A DNA stretch of 63,071 nt, the filler included, from Reticulomyxa filosa (Eukaryota; Protista; Foraminifera), in assembly GCA_000512085.1 (NCBI GenBank). It is 19 parts of 19 records of this genome, joined end to end, with 100 filler letters (N's around TTAATTAATTAA, not from the genome) between each part and the next. Parts side by side here need not be neighbours in the genome. Positions count along the whole stretch, not along the records: positions 5,503 to 12,943 come from ASPP01038346.1; positions 13,044 to 14,713 come from ASPP01049004.1; positions 14,814 to 15,979 come from ASPP01036928.1; positions 16,080 to 20,015 come from ASPP01022364.1; positions 20,116 to 22,076 come from ASPP01022312.1; positions 22,177 to 24,269 come from ASPP01003907.1; 13 more parts are not named here. One strand, written 5' to 3'. Position numbers and translations under genes: made by a program. Under the pieces are notes generated by a model. That model saw only the letters and a list, made by a program, of their open reading frames with translations, made no database searches and had not been told where the DNA came from. Each line of letters opens with the position of its first letter. Within the stretch, counting starts at the first letter, position 1. Below are positions 11,464 through 24,269 of the stretch, piece after piece.

Positions 11464-12943
11464 CAGTAGCGTCCAAAAAAAAAGTGAACACAACTGAAAA
11501 ATCAGATTATTTAAAAAGTTATTTTTTCTTGGTCTACTTAAGTTACAAATATGTAATTTTACATTCATATTGCCTAAAATTTCTTTTATATAAAATATGT
11601 AGGAATATTGAGGAGACTAAGTGTAATACGAAAGGAAACTTAGTTCCGAAAAGTAATTGGAAAAAGAAAGTAAATTAACGAAAATAATTACAACACAATG
11701 AAAGGAAACAACTAAAGAACTAGACAAAGTGAGTTGTGTTGTTAAGAATGTTTAACCCACAGGGTCCTACAGCTCATTTATTTGAACTTGTATAATATGG
11801 TTTACCCTACAAATAAAAGTTTAAAATGCAAAAATATGTCCTTTTTTTCACAAAACACTTTATCGTAAAGTGTAAAGTTTATCAGAAATGACCTTTTTTT
11901 ACAAGTGAAGATTTTTTTGATGAGTTTGTCAAACAATAATATAATATCGAAGCTGATTTGTGTGAAAAACTAATTAGTTCTATGCTAAATAGAATACATG
12001 CTTTGATCCAAGTTAAAGGTGATTCCACCAAATGGTGATTGATATTGTTTTTTATGATTTTTATAATCAATATACAATATGTTCTCAATATGATTTAGAT
12101 CAGTACTGTTCGCAGGTAATTCAATCAGATTTATTTCACTTTCTTCAAATAATCTTTGTGTAAATATAGATTTATTGTATAACTCGTTATCACGATGAAA
12201 ATACAATTATATGTGTCGCATACGCGAGATTCCACACTATCAAGCATTTCACCGCCAAGTATCTACTGATATAATGAAGAGTCAAGCTATCAATTAACTC
12301 CGCATAACAAGCCAACTAATCGAAATACAATATAAGACCAAATCATAATGTACAACAACAGAATCTTCTAGATACAATCATTGTTCTAACATCAAAATAG
12401 TTTCCGGCCTTTTCCAAAATATCAAACACAGTCACTGCCATGTAGTTTCACCTTGGTCTAGTCATAGGACATTACATTTCTACAATCTGATGTTGTCCAC
12501 CATTTGTGCACTCTTTCAAGTTATAATCGCAGTTCTTTATTGTCTTCCAATAAGTACTTCACTGTCAACATTTTTCTCAACATCTACTATTGAGTTATAA
12601 GTTTTTTTCCATTTATGAACTGTACCAACGCTAACCTTAAAGCTTTTGCGGTCTCGACAGCTATGCTATTGTCAAATTTAGTGATATGCTTTCAAATTAC
12701 ATAAATTTACGTCAGCAATAAACGTGTAAAAACTAAATTAATTTTCTCAAAAAAGATTTTTTGTTGAAATGAAATCAATAAATGTAAAAGTTTTGAACTT
12801 ACGTAAGTTCAAAAAGTGAACTTTTTTGTTAACTACAAAAAATTTAATAATTTTAATTATATCTTCTAAACTAACAAAGATATAACTATCAAATTTTAGG
12901 CAATTGAACAACAGTATAGGTTCAATATATATGTAAAATTACA
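11464..12943 (-). mobile_element. Degraded Tc1/mariner (IS630-Tc1-mariner DDE) transposon with long TIRs, cut by the contig end
   Basis: Terminus TA|CAGTAGCGTCCAAAAAAAAAGTGAACA at 11462-11490. The minus-strand remnant FHRDN...LPANSTDLNHIENI matches the Tc1 motifs FQQDN and WPxNSPDLNPIEN. The far end is the reverse complement of the TIR seen in the copy at about 31915-32170. Confidence 0.8.
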
Positions 12944-13043
12944 NNNNNNNNNNNNNNNNNNNNNNNNNNNNNNNNNNNNNNNNNNNNTTAATTAATTAAN
13001 NNNNNNNNNNNNNNNNNNNNNNNNNNNNNNNNNNNNNNNNNNN

Positions 13044-13082
13044 TATGTTTTAGGCGTTCAGTTTTCTTTGCAACCTACTGTA
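13044..13082. mobile_element. Terminal inverted repeat end of an abundant TA-targeting Tc1/mariner-type element or MITE
   Basis: ttcagttttctttgcaacctactg|TA (reverse complement TA|CAGTAGGTTGCAAAGAAAACTGAA). The same motif opens the contigs at 20116, 28693 and 34551. Confidence 0.7.
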
Positions 13083-13434
13083 TTTTAATTGTTTGTTTTC
13101 AATTGTTCAATTTATTAAACATGCGTTGGTTCATTACCATAAGATCCAATCCAACATTGATTTTCACAATATTTTGTGAATTTAAATGTTTAAATTCAAA
13201 ATGAGAGAAAATATTTTTTTAACGTCGTCTTTTTTAAAAAGCATTGCTTATACAACTAGGAAAAATATTTCGACTAGTTTGATATTCGATTGAAAAAATC
13301 TACAATTTGTAAACTAAAAATTTAAAATATTAATGAACCAAATATTTTAGGAAATGTGTTTGATTAATTTTTTAAATGTCAACTGTCGAAACGAGCGAAG
13401 GAGAAGCTAAAAAAGAAATATAGGAACCGAGGGC

Positions 13435-14713
13435 ATGATAGAAATCAATACATATAATTTCATTGGGCTATTTGCTTTTTGCATTTTCGTTGCTTTTGTC
13501 GCAGCATTGGTAATTTTATTTCAGAGGAACAACTCCCTATACTACATGCGTGCACATCGCACCGAGAAAAAGTACGTAGAAGCAAGGAACAGCATTGAAA
13601 CAAACATAAACAAACAAAAAAAAAACATGAATAGATTGAGACATTACAAAAAGGGAACAAGCCGGCAATCCAAAATGCAAATGTACATCAAGCAGTAAAA
13701 TCAGCAACAACAGCAAGTAAGACAAAGCCCAAGGGACTGTCCTCCTCCTTTTCACAAATCGCGGATACGTACCCAAGCCAAATAAGGTCAGATGAAGACA
13801 AAAACCAGTTCCCTCGCGAAGGTTCCTTAAGCAATGGCAACAAACCGCACATAGAAGACGAGGCTTTCCAACAAGTAAAACACGAGACATTCCAACTCAA
13901 CAAGAGTATCGTAAAAGCCGTTTTCGACTCGCCCGAGCATGAAAATGGCCATATTCCTATTTACAATTATTCTAATAATAATAATAATAATAATAATAAT
14001 GATAATAATAATAACAATGAAAATAATAATACTATTCGTCACGATCATCATAGCTATGGACATAGTAGACACGGGATAAATCCAAATGAATCGGATCCAA
14101 CAAGACACGACAGTGATGACAGGGAAAAAAAAACGCACCCGGTATTTCGCACTTCTCGGCAGTTGACAATGTCCTCATGGGAAAAAAAGCGCCAAGAGAT
14201 ATTTGACGAGCTGTACACGCAATTCACGGCAAACGTGCAAACCTCTGTCGCCACAGTAATGAATCAGTCAGCAGCAGCAGCAGCAGCAATAACAATGTCA
14301 TCAGCATTGACCCCAACATCAACAATGCTGTTATCATCGTCAGCGAATAATAGCAACAACAATAATGATAATGATGAGGAGCAACGGGAGTCGCAATTGC
14401 AACGACAGAAACAACAGCAACAAGAGTTGCAAATTCGGGAGCAGCTGCGCATCAAGGACGAGCAAATCCAATTGCAGCTCCAGCAGCAGCAGCAGCGCTT
14501 CGAAGAGCAGCAAAAGAAGGAGCGCGAAGCCATGGAACGAAAGCAGAGAGAAATCGAGCAGGAAAAGGAGCGCGAGCGAGAAAGATTGCGACAAGTGGAG
14601 AGACAGAAGGAAATGGAACGACAAAAGGAAATAGAAAAACAAAAACAAAAGGAAATGGAGCGACAAAAAGAAATGGAGCGACAAAAGGAAATAGAGCGAC
14701 AAAAAGAAATGGA
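13435..14713 (+). CDS. Single-pass (signal-anchor) protein with poly-N/poly-Q tracts and ERQKE(M/I) repeats, 3' partial
   Basis: N-terminal TM FIGLFAFCIFVAFVAALVILF and an intron at about 13576-13634. The frame is open from 13635 to the contig end, with 18-nt tandem repeats at 14600-14713. Confidence 0.65.
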
Positions 14714-16589
14714 NNNNNNNNNNNNNNNNNNNNNNNNNNNNNNNNNNNNNNNNNNNNTTAATTAATTAANNNNNNNNNNNNNNNNNNNNNNNNNNNNNNN
14801 NNNNNNNNNNNNNGTTACATTCCTCGCAAGACATGTATATGTCCACTGGAGTCAGTATTACTGGGTCTTACGTTGAACATTCTGATTGTTTCGGTATCAA
14901 AAAGTATACGAGGCTACGCCAAACAATGACATCAATACTTTCTTAAAATTTGCATAACATGAGAAACTGTGCTAAATCAAAAAGCCTTCGTTTTTTTAGT
15001 CGTTCCACAATATTATGTCCTGTTGTTTGCCAGCTTTTCTCTGTCATTGTCGTTTTTTTTCGGCAGAAACGCTTGAAAAAAACATAGAAAATTATATATG
15101 AACATTTTTCTTCAACATTACAAATATTTCATATATCGTCAATTTGTTATAAAACCCCAAAAAAATTCACTTTGTCTGGTTTTTTTTGATAAAATTCTAT
15201 TTGAAGAGTAATTTTAAAGTAAAATTCCGTTTTAAAAAATAATGTTATCACTTAGATTAGAAAGTTGTATCACAACGAATCGCAAATGCACTATATCTTC
15301 TGCTCAAAATTAACGACTTTATTTGTAGTAATAATCCATTTGCAATCATTTTGAGTATTCCCATCGCAAACAGAAATTCTAAACTAAGCTTTTTAATAAA
15401 CAAAAAAAACTCTTGCTGACTCCAAAAAAAATGTTTTTAGAAAGTTTTTTTTAGAGAAAAAAACTTTAACTACTTTGAGAAACAAAGTACTGTTAATTGA
15501 CATGGAAGGAAAAAAACCGTTGGCAACAAAAAAAAGATGCTTTTCTTTTTAAAAATGTGCCATAAAATGGATCATGTATAATTCCTTTATTACAATATCC
15601 AAAGTTTCATTAAATCATAAAAATTCTCAACGTTTTCGTCAATTTTAGTATGTTTTTGGCTTATCAGAGAAATGGAATGTTGATTACTCCATGCAATGTG
15701 CATGAAAATTTGTGAAAAATTGTTTTATAGTATCAATTAATCACAAGATAAAGTAACATTTGTTCAAAATGAATGATATGAAAAACGAACACCTACATTC
15801 CAAAAACTTGGTTGCATCAATCCAAATTAAAAATGGATTCCATTGAAACTAAAACAGTTTTACAATACAAATGCATTTCTTTACCAAAAAAATTTGATAA
15901 TCACGTATGTGATTTATTTCTTCTCCAAAAAAAACAACTCTACATTAATTGGAGTGACCGCAAGAAACTCTACATTAATNNNNNNNNNNNNNNNNNNNNN
16001 NNNNNNNNNNNNNNNNNNNNNNNTTAATTAATTAANNNNNNNNNNNNNNNNNNNNNNNNNNNNNNNNNNNNNNNNNNNNTGATTGCAAACATATTTTTTT
16101 GAAAAAAAATTTGTATACAAAGTATTTCCATATCGAAGTTTAAGAAAGGAACAGTTTTATCCATGACTTTTTTTTTACTGTTTTTGTTGTTTCAATTTTA
16201 AAACCGTGGCGGTCTTGTTTTATGTGTTTGTCGAAGTTGTGATACTTGGACTCAATGAAAGGGAGAGAATATTGCAGCAAGCATTCTTTAGTCTGCTCAA
16301 AAATTTTGCGTTTAATATTTATTTGAATGCATTTGCCTGAGAAATTTGAAACCTTCTCTAATAAATTATTTTTTTTAATTAAAAAGGCACGCAATAAAAA
16401 TATAAAAAAATATAAAAATATATACCTTTATATTGTGAAGAATGATGTTTCATCTTCACCTTTTCTTCTTTTTTAAATTTTTCATAATATTTGCCAAGTT
16501 CAGCTTTGGTCCCTACTGAACAAAAAAATCATCATCAATTTAATGTTCATGTCTAATAAAAGATGATTACAATAAACATTACTAAATTT

Positions 16590-17868
16590 GCTGCGACCCT
16601 TTTCTTCATATTGATCTCTTTCTTCATCGAACAATTCTCTTTCTTCATGATCTGTTCGACAATGTTCGGCTTGTTAGTCTTGGCTGGTTGTTCCTGTCGT
16701 CTTTACGTTGAACCGGACGATTTGGTAGACTTTTGAACTTTGGTGGCGACGCTATCTTTAGTTGTTCTTCCAATAACGTCTTTGATAATAGCGACGTTCT
16801 CTTCGCTGGCGGCGGTGTCCTTGGTGGAGTCGACATAGCTGGAGATATACATCGTCTTTGTTCGACTAGGTAATCAATCATTGACAGTGGTTGATCATCT
16901 ATATATTTGGTATGTTGATTTTCTATTTATATGTTGTTTTTTTAATTATAATATAACATTATTATGAAACATGGAGTGATACCATTCATTGTGCATGTGT
17001 ATCAAAGAAAGTATCTTTGACATGTTCAGTATATGATTGATCTATTTGTATGCATATTTTTTGTTGATATTATTATAAACAAAAAAAAAACAACAATATA
17101 TCAAAATAAATAACTTCTTCTATGTTGACGCTTTGTGTCAACTTGCATATGTGTTGGTGGCGATGCGTCAATTTCCATATATTTTGGCGATGCACTATGT
17201 ATTTCCATAGATCTTGATGGTGGATAATCAATTTCCATAAATCTTAATGATGGAGTTTGCAATACATTATCTTCGTCAATGTATGTATCTCCATTATTTG
17301 TCACACTAGTATCTATGTCTATTCACATTATTATTATGTTATTATATATACATATATATGTATATATATGTACATATATGTCAACGAATAAACAAATTAA
17401 ATTTACTTTCTGTTGACTGGTGACTACATTCTACAGAAAATTGATCCATCAAGTCACCATTCGTTTGTTCAGTCAAGTCATTATTCGTTTGTTCCATCAA
17501 GTCATCATTCGCTTTCTCCATCAAATAATCAATCGTTTGTTCCATCAAATTATCCGTCGTTTTTTCCGTCGCTTGATTATGTTTTGTATCAATTTCATCA
17601 GCAAAGGGTGTAAGCGTTCTTCGTGATTTGCGATGATATGTTGATAATTTTTCATCGTCGCATCCATCAAACTTGTCCAGCAAATTAATTGATAAATTGT
17701 GATCCTGATTTAGCTTATTTAGCGATGAGCTAGACTAATGAGACGACAAAGAGTCTGTTGATATAGAATCTCAGTCTTTTGGGATCTATTGGATGAAGAA
17801 TAATATAATGTCATCGTTCGATCCGATCATTGTGGTGATAGTGTATTTTGTGGGCTATTACTACTCAT
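16590..17868 (-). pseudogene. Disrupted low-complexity gene with 24-nt (DxLMEQTx) and 30-nt (MEIDxxPP) repeats
   Basis: ORF pieces 17381-17683, 17101-17304 and 16645-16881 are flanked by intron-like TA-rich gaps. An in-frame TGA follows soon after the ATG at 17868 (MSSNSPQNTLSPQ*). Confidence 0.4.
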
Positions 17869-19225
17869 TTTTTTTTTGTTGGTTGGTGGTGACTATTATT
17901 ATCCAATTGAAAAAAGTGATTAAAGATTAAAAAAAATTTATGACGCACAAGATTAGTTTAAGCTACGTCAATTATTACTTTTTACGAAATTATATGAAAT
18001 TTTTTTTTTTTTATAGTAAAGTTTATCCCGAAACAGAAACGATAAGCGATCATTATTCCTGATTGAATTGGTCTGTTTTTTTTAGTTATGCTGGCAATTC
18101 CGTTCGCGACGGAATGATAATACAGCTATATTATGGTAATAACGATTGGACACCACACCAAACACTTAAAAGCGAAAATAGTTCAACAACAACAAAAAGA
18201 CCATTCAAATATTACTAGTTTCGACTTTATTTGATGTTTGATGTTTTAACAATGTGATAGATAGTAGAGGAAAAAAATGAAATAATGAATTAACCGAATC
18301 TTTAAGTAACTAACTATCAATCACAACAACGACAATAGGAAAAAAAAAAAGATTACACGTGCATCGGAATTTTGCAAAGGAAGACAAAGATATGACGAGA
18401 TAGGCGAAGAAACTTATGCTGATATGGATAAAAAAGTACGACAAGAACAAAAACAACATAAAAAAAAAACAGAGCCAGCAAAAAGAAAAAGCAACTAACA
18501 CAAGACGGCAATAATAATGACAATTGCAATGACAATTATTATGGATGAATATCGCAAGAAAAGATACTCAAACATATCATAGTCCTGTAATCTTGAAGGA
18601 AGTGAAATGAATATAATGCTAATTGATTGCCTTGTGATACAAAAACATTTACAAATATTTATTATTTCTCCATAGCTCAACAGTTTTCAAAACAAGTCAT
18701 TGCCTTCTTTTGATTGTCGAGAAAGAAAATGAAAGCACAAGTCACAACAAAAGCCAAGTGTATGAAATATTGGTGTAAATATCAGAGTTATTCCTATACG
18801 CAAAAAAAGTAATCTCTCCTAAAAAAGTATCGTCTCAAAAAAAAATTGATAGAAATTTAGTTCATTTTTTCAAAATTAAAAAAAATTCAAATGTCGTAGA
18901 ACACTAAATTCAAATGGATTTTTTTGTGTCTGTTCTTTGATGCAACAATAATCTTGAAGACGAAAAAGGGGTTTAAAAAACTGAAGTAGAACAGAGAACT
19001 TTTTTCATTTAACTATGTATTCCTTGAAGAAAAGCTGCCTTGAGCTGATATTTGCTTCTCCCAACGCAAAAAGATTGAACAAAAATCTGTTAAATACAAT
19101 TAACGCTATCAACACTGTAACGAGAAAACAAGGAATTTTACGTCATACTTTAAAATGGCTGGCAGCATGGCCAATCGTCAGCAATTAAAAAATGCATTTA
19201 TTCATTCCAAAAAAAATCATCTAAC

Positions 19226-20015
19226 ATGTCTACTCAAGTCAACAACTATTTTCAAACTTTGCTTGAATTACCTAAACCATTCACAGAAGCACAATATATT
19301 TTGTTTAAGGAGGAACTCCTTATCTGTAGTGGTCAACAAACTAACGACTGTTACTCGTATCATACTCTGAAAAAACAATACAAATACATCTGTTCTCATC
19401 CCAATGATATCCAATTAAGTGGACATTGTGTCGTTCAATTGAATAATTCACAAACCAGACGAAAATATAATAAAACAAACATTTTCAATGAAATATAAAA
19501 GTGGTTGGGAAATTGATGATCATAATAATAATAATGGTCAGAGTGGCTCCAATCTGAAAATCAATCTTTCAATACTTGGATACGATATAATCAAGATACC
19601 AACATTAGAAAATTGAAAGTAATTTAGAAGGAGTGCATGGATTGATTGGTGAAAAAAATAATAATTTATTGTTCATCACACAACTTTCACAAAATATTGA
19701 AGTGATTGACTTGAAGACAATGAAATCATTGAATGGAATAAAAAATGACATAATACCAAAAAAAAAAATATGATTTGGAATTCAATATCATTGTTTTGTT
19801 ATAACACAGGAGTATTAATAAAATTGATGACATTTAATTATGAAAAATTACCAGTTTGTCATTCTTTGGAGGATTTTAACGTGTATTCATTTGTATACAT
19901 TTACGATTATATATTTTTATTTGGAGGAGATAGTGAATATGAATAACAAATAGTGTGTATAAGTATTAAATGAAAAATAAAACATGGAATGAATGTAAAA
20001 TCACATTACCAATGA
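19226..20015 (+). pseudogene. Kelch-repeat protein family remnant
   Basis: FQTLLELPKPF...ELLICSG...CYSYHTLKKQYKYIC...GHCVV, then YIFLFGG and VYKY...W blades, broken by stops and frameshifts. Confidence 0.75.
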
Positions 20016-20115
20016 NNNNNNNNNNNNNNNNNNNNNNNNNNNNNNNNNNNNNNNNNNNNTTAATTAATTAANNNNNNNNNNNNNNNNNNNNNNNNNNNNN
20101 NNNNNNNNNNNNNNN

Positions 20116-20154
20116 GCCATTTAGGTATGGCAGTTTTTTTTGCAATCTACTGTA
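20116..20154. mobile_element. TIR end of the CAGTAG(G/A)TTGCAAA family
   Basis: cagttttttttgcaatctactg|TA at the contig start. Confidence 0.6.
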
Positions 20155-22849
20155 TAACACATCCGCAATTATTTGTATTACATTGACGTCGATATTTTTT
20201 GGCTTAATACTGTTAGTTGCTCAACTAACAAGTTAATTATATATATATTTTTTCATTTCAATATTTTATTTTGTGTATGTTGTTTTTTTTTTAGGAAGGA
20301 CCGTTTTGGTCCTTGAACACCTGGTTGGCAATTCCAACTATTCCAACCCTTCATACTATTCCGACTATTCCAACTATTCTAATTTTTCCAACTCTTTGAA
20401 CAACACTGAAAACCACTTTTAGACTTTAATAAGTTTTCGAGATTTATAAACTAGACGTAAAAAAAGCTTTTTATTTTGTTTTGCTTTGGTTGTTCGACTT
20501 TTTTTTCATCTTCCTTTTTGCTATTCATAAAATATCTTACTCCAGTCTACTTATATCTTGTTTCTTTTTCCACTCTGGTTCTGTTGACGCTCAGACAAAG
20601 TGTGGAGCCTATATTGTCTTAATTTTTTTCTTTTTTGTGCGTCGACGTAACAAAAGGTTTTTTTTAAAAGGTTGTGATGTTCCGTCAGTGAGAAATGTCT
20701 GACGAAAAGGCATCAGACACAAAGATCAAAGGGGTTCACTATCATCATGGGCACTTATTATCTCTTTCATATTCTCATTTAAGTCAGGCGAAATGTGACT
20801 CTGACTGCCAATTAAAAAGATAAAAAAAATGTTGTTTTTTTTGGGTAATAGCTTGTGCCATAAAGATGCGTTGTGCACGCAAATGTATGATCCTACCGTG
20901 CAATGCCCTCCAAACAGTCAATATAATTGCACCTTATGCTTCGGTCAAGAAACATGTGATGTCACTAGCGCTTACGATTGCCGGTTTAGTACTCTTCTCA
21001 TTTTGCTCTTTCCACAAAACTGGCAGCGATATTTGATTTCTTTGATAATTTCAAATTTTTGTAATATGTTTTCTTGGGAGAAGCACCATAACAGGTATCA
21101 TATTTATCATAAATGGCAACTTTTTTTTGTTCTACAAGCCTGTTTACCGATGTTTGTTTAAAAACGTTAATATCTTGCACACAAGAAAACATATCCCTGC
21201 CAAAGAGCATTTTTTTTATTTATTTTACAATGATCAAAACTTAGAAACCCACTATTTCATAAGCAATGGCAATAAATGTTTGAACCAGATTTATTTAGAG
21301 TTTTTCCAAGTTTTCTAGAACCCTTTGCAACACCCGTTGCTAGTAGCTCGAGCTGTAAGGTATACAAAGGAAGGAGATTAACATAATTTAAAAGGAAAAA
21401 TAATTGGAGCGATTTGAGTCACAAAATCGGTGCTACACGTTTGTCAAACAAATACTAAATGGAAAGACGAAGATTTATTGATTGGAATATTACAAAAAAA
21501 AGGTACAAAAAATACGAAAGTAATTTTATCAATCGGGATCTAAACAAGTGTAGTGTTGCTTTTTTTTTTCTTAGGTTTGATTTTAAATTTGACAAGACTC
21601 GAAAGGTGTTTTTACAATACGCCCAGAAAAAAAAAGAAAAACAAAACAGATGAAAAAAGGGGAACAAATAATATAAAATGCAATGGGGAGGGTTTGGAGC
21701 GCTATCAAAATTCCAAGAAGAGACCCACAATCCCTCCAGATAATATGGAAAAAGAGGGCAGATGACGAAGAAAAAGGGAAAGAAAAAAAATATATAAAAA
21801 AGAGAATAGTTGACACCTACACTTGTATAATGTACACATCGGCACCAGAAAAAGAAAAGAAAAACGCTCTTTTTTTATTTTTTTTGTGTGCATAGAAAAG
21901 AGGGGGGGGGGGAAAGAAAAAAAAAAAGGTTTAAAATGGTGAAATTAAAAAAAAGAAATAAAAAATAAAAATTTTTAAAAAATATAAATAAAAATTAAAA
22001 AATAAAAAAAAGATATATTTTTTGATTTTGTTGGAACCGAAAGGGTTTGAATTCCGGGTTTTTAAAAACCCGGAATNNNNNNNNNNNNNNNNNNNNNNNN
22101 NNNNNNNNNNNNNNNNNNNNTTAATTAATTAANNNNNNNNNNNNNNNNNNNNNNNNNNNNNNNNNNNNNNNNNNNNCGTCATTAGGGTGATTGCACCCTC
22201 TTCCACTGGTATCTCTTTTTGTTTTTGTTTTTTTAATTTTTCAACTTAAAAGTGGTTTGCTTTTCAACAGCCGTCCACTTTTTTTAAAAAAAATGGCTTT
22301 TATATTCGGATGCTGTGCATCTTGCAACAAAAGAAAAAAGAAATGGGGTAAGGCCCCCCGTCTCCACAAGGAGAAATCATGGTTTGTTTTATCTATTTTT
22401 TAAAATTTTTTTTGACATAATCAATTTTATGTGTTTTTTTCATCATAGCCGCAGCCCTATGTCCAAAAATAAAATAAAAAAATTATACGTGTCCACCCTC
22501 CAAAAAAACGTAGGGGTTGAAGCCATCCCCATGTTTAAAAAAAATAAAAAGGTTATTTATTTTTAATTTTTAATTTTTAATTTTTTTAATAACGTATACT
22601 TGTGTTTGTGAATAGGCATGCACCCATCCAAAAAAAATAACAAATGTTTGCCTCCCTCCCTCAATGTGCAAAGAAAAAAAATTGTAGTAAATTGGAATGA
22701 GAGCTTTGAGCTCGAAGTCAAAGTATGTTGTTTTTTTTTTAAAAAAATGAAAAAATTTACTTTATGAGAAAATGTAAAAAAAAAAAGATAAAAAAAGATA
22801 AAGAGTGAAAAGGGAAAAGGGGTGAAAATGAAAAGAAGAAGATCGGCTC

Positions 22850-24269
22850 AATTTAGTGGAGGAGTTGTGGCGAAACTCAGTCAAGACACCAGCCAGCAAG
22901 AAGAAGACTAGGAGGATGGACAAAGAAAATCCAAAGTTAATCACTTTGGATTTTTTTTATAGAAAAAACAACTGTCTGCCTGCTTTCTGAGTTTTGTTAT
23001 AGAATTTATCCTTCTCTCAGAAACGCGCAAAGTCGCCACTCGCAGGCGTGGGCTAACTCAACATATAGCGTGCTCCAGTGAAAGATGAAGAGCTAGTGTT
23101 ACAATGTATATCGTTGGCAACCCGAAGCATTTGGAGAAGTTTTTCTCACTATCAACATCAGTATGCAAGTCTCTGCAAATAATTATTGACTTGCAAATTG
23201 CCAAAGAGTGCGCCCAACTGCGATCTGCAGGCGCCAAAAAACAAGTCATCATCAATTGTTATAGAAATGGCGCTAATTTTATGAGCGAAAAAAAAAAGAA
23301 ATTTGTCGTATGCGTGCGCACATTCGCATCTTTGACGTTTGGATCGTGCATATGCAGATAATATCAATGAATACGCCCAAGAATGGAAAAAAATAAATAA
23401 GAATGGTACTATATCAATCGTCAGATCGTCAATTGAAACTTTGTGTACTGGAAATACTAGCACAAACAATGTATCTCGTTAAAATGGCGATGATGTTTTT
23501 CAAGTATGAAGCAATCAGTTCTCGTGGATCAAATTTTCCTAGATCAATCCCGGACAATCGATGTCTTGATGTCACCAGACGAAAGCAAGCTCATTAAGTA
23601 GAAAAAAAAGAAAAAAGTTGTGAATGCGCAAAGTAGAAAAGATGGTGTCGCAATGGTGCAGAGAAGAAGTGGAAGGCGATGAAGAAAGGAAGTGGAAATC
23701 AAGGAATTTGTCAAAAAATGCACAATCAGAGCGATCGAGAAAATCACCACATCGGAAGAATTGTTCATGTGATATTGGTTCATTCAGTGGAGGAGTTGTG
23801 CAAAACTTCGTCAACACAGCAGCAAGCAGAAGAAAAAGGTTGTGATGATGAGGAGGATGAAGAGCAGAACAAAAATGGTAAGTACGTATCTCTTTGAATT
23901 TGTTTAAAAAAAAAAAAAACCAGTTTGATGGCTTTGTTGAGTTTTGTTATAGAATTGTTGTTCATACCTAGAAACGCGCAAAATCGCCACTCGCGGGCGT
24001 GGACCAACTTCTCATATCGTACCCCAATGAAAAACTCTAAACAATTGGCAATTTCAAGCAGTGACAGTTCGAAGCATTGTAAAGGGCGTTTGCTATCAAC
24101 ACAGGCGCACAAAAGTTTCTACTGATAATGGTTGAACGCGGCACAGCGCCAAAAAAGGTGTCGAACTTCGATCTATCGGCGCCAATGAACAGTAAACACT
24201 TGGCCGTTATGAAAATCGCGCTACTTATGTTAACGAATAGATTGACCACTCATGCCAAAACTTGTCGTG
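22850..24269 (+). repeat. Diverged tandem duplication (period about 940 nt) of a decayed coding-like unit
   Basis: agtggaggagttgtg occurs at about 22855 and 23785. tgagttttgttatagaatt...agaaacgcgcaaa.tcgccactcgc.ggcgtgg occurs at about 22988 and 23938. Similarity continues to about 23290 and 24240. Neither copy has an intact frame. Confidence 0.7.

Noticed and set aside
6145-14702. Many antisense ORFs rich in L/S/C/F (for example 6145-6522, 7541-7948, 8877-9236, 14340-14702)
   Set aside because: Shadow frames of low-complexity coding sequence on the opposite strand.
20695-21000. Cys-rich peptide (CHKDALCTQMYDPTVQCPPNSQYNCTLC...)
   Set aside because: I could not build a consistent spliced gene or assign a family.
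22051-22076. Perfect 26-nt palindrome at a contig end
   Set aside because: It lies in low-quality homopolymer-rich terminal sequence and is likely an assembly artefact.
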